Below are positions 50,445-60,337 of a stretch of DNA of 64,000 nucleotides, piece after piece. The stretch comes from Microthyrium microscopicum (Eukaryota). Below the pieces are notes generated by a model. The model did not search any database. It worked only from the letters and a program-made list of their open reading frames with translations, and was not told where the DNA came from. Position 1 is the first letter of the stretch; each line of letters opens with the position of its first letter. The translations under genes were made by a program, and so were the position numbers. The DNA is taken from positions 856,153-920,152 of the forward strand of contig MU004231.1 in the NCBI GenBank assembly GCA_010405405.1, in the 5' to 3' direction.

Positions 50445-51884
50445 ATGGCATCTGTCCAAGAAACAACTCTAGCTTTCGAGAATACGCATCCTAGCTCAAT
50501 TCCAACATCACGACTGGGCTCGACGCCAGAGGCTGGGTCAGGGGCTGAAAATTCCTCAGTAACTGTACAGTCAACAAAGGAGCCCATTTCTGTCCAAACA
50601 TCGACGGCAACGAATCATGACAAACTAAATGCGACTGAATATGAGCTACTCGTGGCGACTCAGTCCACAAAGGCACCAAGCTACGAGCCATATCGTGCCT
50701 TCACTCATGCGTATGGCAAACACGCGGATTCTCAGGAAGCCTTTGAGCGGCCTATTCTATTCTCTGGCCCCAAGCCTGATACCCATCCCGATCAAAAAGA
50801 TGATAATGACGAGGATAGTGCGATCGAAGACTACTCGACACAAAGATCCGCCAGTGTATCATCGAGCATTTATGAATTTCGTGAGGAGCATGGCAGGCGG
50901 TATCATGCAATGAATCAAGGAGCGGAGTATCATCTCCCAAATGGTAAGACTGACCTTTTGATACCAGTATTGTTGTGAGAGACTTTGTGGCCACCATCAT
51001 ATCACTGGTCTCTGTTCTGTCAGCAGTTCTCACAGCTTGATGATGACTGACATACTATAACAGACGACCTTGAACTAGACCGTCTGGACCTTCAGCATGC
51101 TTTATTCCTCCTAGCTCTAGGCAATAACCTTCATCGTGCGCCAATTGCACCCGATATCCAAAATGTTCTAGATATTGGCACTGGAACCGGCATCTGGGCC
51201 ATAGATTTTGCCGACAAGTACAAAAGTGCTATTGTAGTAGGAACAGACCTTTCCCCCGTCCAGCCTGACTTTGTCCCACCAAACTGTCGATTCTATGTTG
51301 AGAATGCCGAAGACACCTGGGCCTTTGAAACACAATTCGATTTCATTCACACCCGCATGCTCGTAGTCGGCATCAAAGACTGGCCAAGACTCTTTCAACA
51401 ATCTTTCAAGGCTCTCCGGCCAGGGGGTTACATCGAGCTACAGGACTTGACATTTCCAGTTCGCTGTGACGATGCAAGCGCACCTCCGGACAGTCCACTG
51501 ATGGTATGGGGCGAAAATATGATTAAAGGTGCTGCAAAAGTCGGTGTCAATTTGTCAGCTAGTAACCAATTTCCCAAAATGCTCGCTGAAGCGGGCTTTG
51601 TCGATATCCACGTCGAAACTTTCGGTTGGCCGATCAATAAATGGCCGAAGGAGAAGACCATGAAGCGGATAGGCATGTATGGTAATGAGAACTTCTTGCA
51701 AGGTCTCCAAGGCTTTACTATGGCATTTTTTGCGAGGGGTTTGGGCTGGAGTGTTGATGAGATCAAACCTTTTGTTGAGAAGGTTAGAGCACAGGCTTGC
51801 GATGTTCGAAGCCATGTGTATATTCCAGTCTCTTTCTTTTGGGCACGAAAGCCTGAAGGTAATAAGTTAGAGGATACTGTTTGA
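50445..51884 (+). CDS. SAM-dependent methyltransferase (LaeA-like family)
   Basis: SSSIYEFREEHGRRYH..YHLPND..ELDRLDLQH, LDIGTGTGIWA, GTDLSP and LRPGGYIE. Intron 50944-51063. Confidence 0.92.
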
Positions 51885-52499
51885 TGGTAACACTTTTGTC
51901 AGTTATGCGTACGGACACCGTATGCTCTGAAATCAAAGTTTGAAGCTTGAATGATCTGACCTCCTAAAGAGGAAATGAACGAGCACACAAGCTAACTAGG
52001 TGACAAAATAAATGGCGTGCCTCTCACTGAATGCGATGGCTTTCGCACAACACGCTCTGGTATCGAGTGCTTTATTTACCATCTAGGGCGTTCAAAGTCG
52101 AATATTTTATCCAATGCAATGGAATATATCCTCCCTTGATTAGAAGGGTTCGTGGGAGCCAGCGAAGTTGAAGGGAGAGTGCCAGTTATTTTGTCATGCG
52201 GTTGACAAGCATAGTTCTTCTCTAACAGGAGCGGAAGGAAGAAAGTCGTAGGCGGTGATCATGAACCTCAATCAAGCGCCATTGACGGCGGCGGTTGGGC
52301 ATAGAATGTCTCTCGCACGGCTCGAGTTTAAGCACCTTCTGACTGGAGTCTAGACTTCAAATGTGAAGATTTGTTTTTTCTCTCCTTATTTTGCAACCAT
52401 TTATATGCCAAGTTGTTCTTACCTCTGAAAAGTTGAACTCAATCTTGAACTACATCAACTTTCTAACACAAATATATACCGTAAAACCTTCCTTCAGCA

Positions 52500-52763
52500 A
52501 TGAAGTTTTCTACTTCCCTTCTCATCTGCTCTGGTGTCGTCGCCGCACAACAGCTGACATCGACTACCGCGAATGCAACTCAGACCATTGTTTCTTCGAG
52601 TAGCTCAAAACCGTTTACTACAAAGGTCATTTCTATATCAAGCGCGGTACCGCCAAACTCCTATGTGACAACACCAATTATCAGTACGCCAACATCAGGT
52701 GCTCCGCCGTCAAATTCATACGTGAATGAGGCCTATCGACCTGTTCAGGTAGGTGTAGTCTGA
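52500..52763 (+). CDS. Small secreted Ser/Thr-rich protein (3' end uncertain; probable intron from 52749 to 52795)
   Basis: Signal peptide MKFSTSLLICSGVVAA, followed by an S/T-rich body with a duplicated PP(N/S)(N)SYV motif. Confidence 0.55.
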   Translation: MKFSTSLLICSGVVAAQQLTSTTANATQTIVSSSSSKPFTTKVISISSAVPPNSYVTTPIISTPTSGAPPSNSYVNEAYRPVQVGVV

Positions 52764-52963
52764 AGCTCATGAAACTTTATATGCTAAAGACCTAGGCGGA
52801 CAATGGATTGTGGGAGGGAATCTCACTGCTGCTCTCTGCGCTCATGTTGAGCAGAATCCAGATCTACTATCACCCTGACATTCCACCAAGCATTGATTAA
52901 ACAGCAATAGAGTATGATAATTGTATTATGTAAAAGATGCTCAAGGAACTAGAATCTCAGCCC

Positions 52964-54523
52964 CTACTGGTTGCCCCTTCTTTCCAATATCTGATGCTGT
53001 TCTAAAGCAACTATCTCCTCCTCACGGTTTATGCTAATCTCTTTAACATAGCGCTGTTGTAAGATGATTTTGAACTGTCGTAATAGACTTTGAGCAATTC
53101 CTTCGGCCGTAAGATTATCGCCTCTTCCATAAAGCGTACCTACTTGTTCCTCGTTGCCTTGCAAAATATCTCGCTTAAAACGTCCTCCTTTAGGTTCTTC
53201 CTCTGATTCATTGACACGATAGACAGCGAGACAGCGAGTCCATATCTGTCGAGACCCGGCCAGTGTCAAACACAGTGCCAACTTGCCGTTGGTACGGGCT
53301 TGCGCTCGCTTTGCTTTACCTCCGCTTTGAAAATACCTGCGATTAGTCCACCAGTCAAGAGGTAGAGTAACCGGAAAGAATTGGAATCCTTGGTTGGGTT
53401 TGAACCAGCAGTCTTTGGAACCTTGATTGCTGGTAGAACCAAAGATTTTGTTGCCAGGCTGATCGATCGCCAAGTCGCCTGGATTGAAGTGTGGCGATCT
53501 TTTAAACCAGGTTCCTCCTTGGCCAATATAACAGATGTTATATTGGTAAGCAGCAAAGTCTGTGAATGTTAATAAGTAAACGAAAGTTAGAAGAAATTGT
53601 AGAAACGTACATTGCTCACCATTGGCAGCGCAGTGCAGGTTAATCGCCTCCGCTAGATCTGCAGCACATTTCTCTACAGAGTCCATTTCGCCCCATATTG
53701 CCGTCGTTGGCGACATAGCTTGACACTTCTGACACTGTCGATGCAACCAATCTGTCTGAATTGTCCAGCATGTTTCGTAGAGAACCCATGATCCTCTGGA
53801 TTCTGGGTCTTTGAAACTTGTTTGGTACTTTTGCAACTCACAACACTCTTTGCAACGAAAGCCATGAGGAACGACATTAAGTTTGTGAGGGCTCCAGGTA
53901 TGCTTGTCGGGGTTACCGACACCAGGATCGTGTAAGCGATCAACTCCTGTCTTCCATATCTCGAGTTTCTCTTCAATTGTCTTCTTTTGATTCTCTGCTT
54001 GTGAGAAGCGGAGTTTGCCTGTTTTGAGCAGTTGTTGTCGCACGCCTGCCATGGAATCATGATTTGTACACTGTAATTCTACGCCTGGGCGAAGCGCAAG
54101 ATCATGTTCGCCCAGGCCATGTCTCCTTCTGCATGCGTCACAGCATTGAATATTCCAAGTTTTCTTTTTACCGTTGTATCCTGTAGGAACGTGGACCTGG
54201 TTGTATCCTGTAGGAACGTGGCCCTGTCCAGTGTGTTTTAGTCTATTCAGAATATGCGTTTCTCCTTCTTTATTAAAAAAGGGGCATGGCTCAGAGTCAG
54301 CTATATATAATTAGTACTGTTGATAAACCTAAAGCATAATAAACATTACCTGGCGGCGACTCTTGGGAGGGCGATGGCTCTCCCTTGGCTCGTTTAGCTA
54401 TATACAGTTAGCCAATTCCAAGACGAGATGTTAACATGGCATACTTGAACGAGACGAGGTTGGAGAAACGTCTTCTGGTTGGGTACGCTTTTTTGTAATA
54501 GAAGCTTTCTTGCCACGAGCCAT
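52964..54523 (-). CDS. Orphan nuclear protein (about 470 aa) with NLS, Cys clusters and a GIY-YIG-like nuclease motif, 4 exons
   Basis: Exons 54523-54445, 54397-54350, 54300-53611 and 53559-52964 total 1413 nt in one frame, all with GT-AG introns. N-terminus MARGKKASITKKR..STKRAK. Cys clusters CCDACRRR and CKECC..CW..CQKC. Motif GEQY-x9-YIGQGGTWFKRSPH. Confidence 0.7.
54173..54226. repeat. 27-bp tandem duplication (2 copies, 1 mismatch)
   Basis: GTTGTATCCTGTAGGAACGTGG(A/C)CCTG occurs twice. On the minus strand it encodes QGHVPTGYN-QVHVPTGYN in frame. Confidence 0.95.
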
Positions 54524-55053
54524 AATAGCTTTGATTTAGTATTCAAGTTAGAAGTGGGCCAAGGAACAGTGTAGGCGAGAGAATGAGGTTGGAGAATAGC
54601 TTGCAAAAAGATTGTGGACTAAAGTATTTATGGGAAAGAGTCTAGACCAGAGTGTTATAAAGAAAAGGGAGAGATGGTTATTGAAGAAACAAGGAGTGAA
54701 GTATGAATTTTCTAGTCACTTGGTAACGGGTTTAACCCTCGTGATAGCGGTAGTCACTAAAGCTGAAGGTGATTCTAGGAGGTGAAGTTTAATATAATTG
54801 ACGTGACATGCGGATTATCTTTTGTTTTGCCAAAGAAATTTGCTATGCGGAGCCAAGGTAGGGAGCAGGAGAGTTTGTTGATGCCCAATATACAAACCTT
54901 TTGTTATAATCGATTTGACAAGCATCTCAACGGTGATATTAGTGACTGCTATCTTGATTTCTATTATGACGACGTGAACAAAATCTAGGTAGATTTGGAA
55001 AGTGATAATTACTAAGATATACCTTCCGCCTTATTGTTCTCTAGGATATGTCA

Positions 55054-56093
55054 CTAAACTCTTTCTATCTGGCATTGAAGCTCCCTAATTGTTCGACTTA
55101 GATCTCGCCAGTCGCGTTGTATGTCAAGCAGTGTTTGGACAGGGATAAGATGATGAAGTCCGCCAAGTTTGACCTGGAATGGCTGGGTTTGATGAATCAA
55201 GATGAATCGTGTATTGATAGCGGTATGTGCATATCCCTGATTGTGCAAATACTGTAGTGCGGATGTGCATTGGCTAACAATAGCATCTTTGTCATTCTTG
55301 GACAGGTCATTAGGGAGGTCATGGCAAGAGACAAACTTGGAAATCAAGAACTGCCAGTCGAGGTGGCATCCCGTCTGGACGATTTCCACGAGATGAGGCT
55401 TTTGAATGTTAGCAGGAAATGCGCTAGATATCAAGTAATACATACATGATTGAGGCGCTTAAATCGTAGCCCATGACTGTGCACCTTGCCATAATGCTGT
55501 TGCTGGATGCGGATAACCTTTAGCTCAGGATCATCTATAGCTACGCATGTATATACCTGCCTGGATGGTCTATAAGCGAGGCGATGTAGTAGCCAATATT
55601 TAGGTGTGCGCAAGAACTTTGCCGGCATTGGAAGCCTTGTCAAATCAACAGTTTGCTGACCGGTTGACTGCGAGTAGAGCTTGAGAAGGGCTGATAGTCT
55701 CTCGGGGCAATAGTGAAAATACAGCTGGAACTTGCACTGGTTGAGTTCAAGCCCAACGGATACTAGAAATGGATACATTGCATTATTAAGCTTCAGCGAG
55801 CCCGAAGGACCGCGCACAATAATACCGTCGCCCGACGAGTCGGATAGAAGTAATAGGCCAGTAGATGGCTCAATTCGCAAGAGACACTGATGACTAGCAC
55901 ACGAATCTGGTAGCAAAACATCATTGCAGAGATGGCGCCCAAACCTTAGGTGTTGTCGTCCCAGAAGTTTTCCTAGTGGAATACGTAGAGTTTGGCCTTG
56001 GAGAAAATATCGATTCTCACGAATGTCAAGAACTGGTTTCGCGAAGTGGTTGAGTGGAACTAACGCGATGTAAGCGTTTTTGAGAGCGTCCAT
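55054..56093 (-). CDS. FHA domain plus truncated protein-kinase-like (pseudokinase) protein, 2 exons
   Basis: FHA motif LRFGRHLCNDVLLPDSCASHQC..LLLSDSSGDG. Intron 55399-55445 gives LNH|PHLVEI. ALQYLHNQGYAHTAINTRFILI and VKLGG show that HRD and DFG are lost. Confidence 0.75.
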
Positions 56094-56587
56094 GAGTAGA
56101 ATGTTGATGCGAAAAGCAACTAGATCTTGGTGAGCTAGATATACACTAGGAATGGCAAGGATAGGAGACACCCTCGGATGAATCATAAAGCCTTGCGCCA
56201 CCTCCGTGCCTACAGCACCCGGGCCCTTTGTGCCTGAGCCATAGTCCTGTCCCACTGGCGTGTTTAATTACTTTTAAAACGTATTGTGGTTGTCGAAAAA
56301 AGTCTAGACTGCCTTAACTCTATGAGTCCAAGTACTTATGTAACTAATACGCTAACATCTGTGTCTCATACTGGGCTAAAGTTATGCAATCAAGAGGTCT
56401 TGAAAAGGGGCTAACTACCAAGACACTGGATAATTGTCTGAATATCAAGACAAAGCAAAATTCATGATTTGAAGACCTTGTGATCCCTTGGTCGGCTACG
56501 GCGCGACAGATAAAAACACTTGGATTCGTCGGGATTCGTGACCACTGTATCCTGCCCAGCTTTCGCGACACTGTACGCTTATCCTCA

Positions 56588-57277
56588 ATGTCCGCTACAA
56601 CACTTTCTAGCGTCGAAGCACGCTTGGCGGCCCTGGCCGACCACCCACTACCCCAAAAGGCTATTGTCTTGGGAATCGCGCGCCCACGTATGAGGTCGGG
56701 TGAATACCTCATCAAAGCTGTCTATACCGAGAAACCCAAAGAAAAGGTCGAGTTTTGTATAATGAACAAGGATCTACAAGGACGAACATTGCTCGACTTT
56801 CCACGGAAAAAGAATCACTTTTTATGGGAAGAGTTGTTTGAGCGCGAACCAACCCATTCATCGGTGGAGATCTTTGAGGCATGGGGACAGATTCCGGCGT
56901 CAAACGCGAAAGACACGACACTCCACATGATTCGCTGGTTTCGATCCTGGGATGGACAAGTCAAGACTGCTCCCTCACTGGCAGTTCGTATTCCAGTAAT
57001 TGCCGACCGTATCACCGCACTGGGCTCTGGTTTACGAAAACTTGAGCTTGAGCGCGACAATGTAGTGGAAGAAGCAAGCGCAGCTCCTACTCATCACGAG
57101 CGAGTTGAAGGTCAAGAGCCTATCCAGTCGCCGGCCATGCTGCCCTGGCAAATTCAGAAACCAAGAGCCTCACACTCAAAGTCAGCAGCAGAGTCAATAT
57201 CCTCGATTGAAGAGCTAGATCCACCTACGGCCCACGCCGGTCAACCTCAAGGCTCCTACAACCATATCTTTGGGTGA
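56588..57277 (+). CDS. Orphan hypothetical protein
   Basis: About 230-aa ORF from the ATG at 56588, with a globular-looking N-terminal part and a low-complexity tail. No family recognised. Confidence 0.55.
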   Translation: MSATTLSSVEARLAALADHPLPQKAIVLGIARPRMRSGEYLIKAVYTEKPKEKVEFCIMNKDLQGRTLLDFPRKKNHFLWEELFEREPTHSSVEIFEAWGQIPASNAKDTTLHMIRWFRSWDGQVKTAPSLAVRIPVIADRITALGSGLRKLELERDNVVEEASAAPTHHERVEGQEPIQSPAMLPWQIQKPRASHSKSAAESISSIEELDPPTAHAGQPQGSYNHIFG

Positions 57278-57511
57278 GGTTTTCTGGCATGAATATTCTG
57301 GCTATACTAACTAGGCTAGGAATGAGGACGCCACTCTCGACTCCAAAACAATCCAGTTGCCGATTCCGATTCAAGCCAAAAGACCCGTCTTGGAGCTGAA
57401 GAAGAAGAGCCAAGCACATATTGTGCCGGACGTGATGGATTTGGCCTCGTTGGAATGAGGGTTACGGTACAACCGCAACAAACGCGGCTTGCCCGGTATT
57501 TGCAGCGGTTT

Positions 57512-57781
57512 CTAACCTGAAACTTGGGCATCTGTACCTTGATCTTTTTGTTCCTTCAATAGTCTTTCTTCTAGTATTTCTAGCTCTTTTAATTTCTTGA
57601 GGACACTGTCGTCTGCTTGCATGTGCTTATAGAGGGATTGGAAGGATTCGTTCTCTGGGCGGATAATATGGGCAAGGCTGAGAAATGCGTCCTTGATTTT
57701 CTCATTCTCGACTACGAGGATCTTATTCTCGATTTGGAGGAGTTGGTAGTCGTTGGATAGCTCGCGTGTTTTGTCGCTCAT
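57512..57781 (-). CDS. Small coiled-coil protein
   Basis: 89-aa ATG-initiated ORF with heptad-like E/K/L-rich composition. Confidence 0.45.
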   Translation of the reverse strand: MSDKTRELSNDYQLLQIENKILVVENEKIKDAFLSLAHIIRPENESFQSLYKHMQADDSVLKKLKELEILEERLLKEQKDQGTDAQVSG

Positions 57782-58191
57782 GGATTGGATGATTTTTCGA
57801 TAAGCTTGGTGATCACGGACGAGCTCGTCTCTAGTTAATTGAGCCGTCTTGAGAAATTTAGCAATCTAGTCTTGATGTAGGCACGTACATTTTACCTCTA
57901 CCTGGACATCTGTTGCAGTCGACTCCATTGCTGATGCTGCTTATTGTAAAGGGTTGAGATGGGGAATCTTGAGTTAAGCAAAATCTTAATGAAATCAGAT
58001 AAACAAGTTTTGGGTCCGTCGTTTTTGTCATGTCGTGTGCGGTTGATGAGGCAGCGGATACCTAACGCAAGGTTCAATGTTGTCAATGTCGCACAAACAA
58101 CTCTTGGGCCACATGCAGCATACTTGTTGAAGCCTGAACCAATATTACTTTCTCTACTAGTATTACTCTCTGCAACTTCCAAGCCTCCATA

Positions 58192-60210
58192 ATGGCCTTT
58201 CCAGCCATGAGAGTATTGGACCCAATAATCAAAGACATTGGGCACTACTTTGAAGGGGATGTCATGTCTATCGCTCGGCACTCTCCATTTGCTGGTCGGG
58301 CCTTTGAGTCGGCACTAGCAGACGGCTTTCTTACCTGCTCGTCTTCGTTCAGCCCGGAAGACAGCTTCGCCACCCGGTTTTTCAAATTGGAACAACAAGA
58401 ACAGTACAGGGTTGTTCTGTTTGACGTCAAGAGCAAGATCCATCGCCAAGCAGGATATCAAACATACAGCACTACAGAACGACAGCGACATAACATGGCC
58501 TTTTTTATTGGCATCTGTGCATCAGACACATCCATGGTTGAACTCATTCCCAACCTTGATCAAGATCCTAGCAAAACGAGCGAGACTACTAATAGTGGCG
58601 TTGGCGTTAATACAACGCGCGCTTTGCCATTTCCATTCTACACATATGGCTTTGATCCGTGTAGCGCCCCGTTTCGAATGTACCTGTCACAGCTGCCAGA
58701 GGCTCTCAACCGCGTCCATCGCTGTGCCATACATGGGGAGCCGTATATCAATCCTCATACTGGTGTTGAATTTGATTGGACACCAATAGTGGTCAATCAC
58801 ATTGACCACTTACGACCAAGCGATCAAACCCAAAACTATTCTTCATTTCGAGCGATTCGAGACATGTTCTATCATGTCGAGACAGCACGCTTTCTGGGTT
58901 CGGGAATAGAAATGGACTTTGTGCAGCTACAGCCACGGCTTGCGGACTTTAAATTCATTGTCGCCGACCGGCAATACTTTGTACAGCACAAGATTGATGG
59001 ATGGACCCGCGGAGAAGACAATAACCTACACCGAGTGGCTATTGCAAGAAACAAGGCAGGAGCGCCTAAAAAGTACTTTACGGTGATTGAAAGGTGTGTA
59101 GGCGCTTTTAAGGAACGTACAGCAGTTGTTAATGTATAAAGCAGATTTGATTTTTTCATGTACCAATTCGAATTCAACTTCCATGGGAGAATAGTCAAGA
59201 AGGCCCTCTTTATTCCGGAATACCAGATCCCTAGAGAATTCTACACAACTAGCGAAATGTACGCCAACTTTGATCGCCCCGAGTTCCAGTCGTACCGCTT
59301 TGACCTGGATGAAGAAGGTGGCTGGGTTTCAAAAGTCGTCAACATTATCAAGGCGACTCCACGCCCACGACGTTCAGAAGCAGCATTGCAAACGCTCGGT
59401 ACCTTTAACGAATCGAGCATCAACCCCCCAGAGGAAGAAAAGACTATGTCGATTCCATCAGTTTCTATTCTGAACAAAATGCATCAAAAGTGCCTTTGTC
59501 AATTATGGACCCGTCTGATGACTGTTTTTGCTATTCGCAAGTCCGGGCTATTGCTCATCCAGGCTTCTGAGCATCCAGTTGCTGATCTAGCTTATGCTCG
59601 CTATAAGTGGACCGAGAGAGAGCAGCATAGCTTTCTAGAGCACGGTATTCCACCAAGAACTATACATCGAATGCCTCCAAAGACTCCACTCGTAGCAGTG
59701 TTGTATTACTGGAGGAAGGCTGCAATCGACCACCAAGGCCCGAACTTATCAGTCAGCACATTTCGAAGATGGGATAACAAATTTGCCAAACTCATCATTG
59801 TTGATTTTTGGAGTGGCGATCAGCCAGTGGAAAGTGTCAGCCTCCCGTATCTTCTTATTCCTTCGGATGATGTCAGGCCTACTGAAGAGCAACGAGCACG
59901 ATACTTTCAAAATTTAGACATGCGGGATAATCGTACACTGGTAGCTGTCTTGTGCTATCTACTAGGATGCGGAGTATCACTGACAAGCTATCGCGTTGCT
60001 GTATTAGGGCCCCAATCATACGATGGCCTTGATCGCGCTTGGTCCTCAATGATTAAGATATTAGACAAGTTTATAAGCGACGAGTATGTACATCACCCAC
60101 ATGGGAACGAGCATTGGGCAGTACGGTATCGCACGACTCTTCAAGCGCTGAATCAAGAGTTGGCTAGAGACCTTTACCAGTTTCGTTCCCACGATCCCAG
60201 CTCTATATAA
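58192..60210 (+). CDS. Orphan protein (about 655 aa) with tandem PD-(D/E)XK nuclease-like motifs, paralogue A, 2 exons
   Basis: Intron 59094-59144 joins the 315-aa and 350-aa ORFs in frame (..IER|FDFFMY..). Motifs IGHYFEG..ADGFL..LFDVKS and QPRLADF..VQHK. Confidence 0.75.
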
Positions 60211-60337
60211 ATTAACAGCGTTGGTTTCCGCAACGCGGGTTGGAGTATTGCGCGCAGTCAAGGAACATGTATTGGATATAGGTAAATAATCAAATGTTTT
60301 GTGATCTTCTGTTCATTGACTTGTCTTCCCCATCTCT

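Noticed and set aside
54173..54226. 27-bp direct repeat as a CRISPR repeat or element terminus
   Set aside because: Only two adjacent copies with no spacer, in a eukaryotic genome, and it lies in frame within a coding exon.
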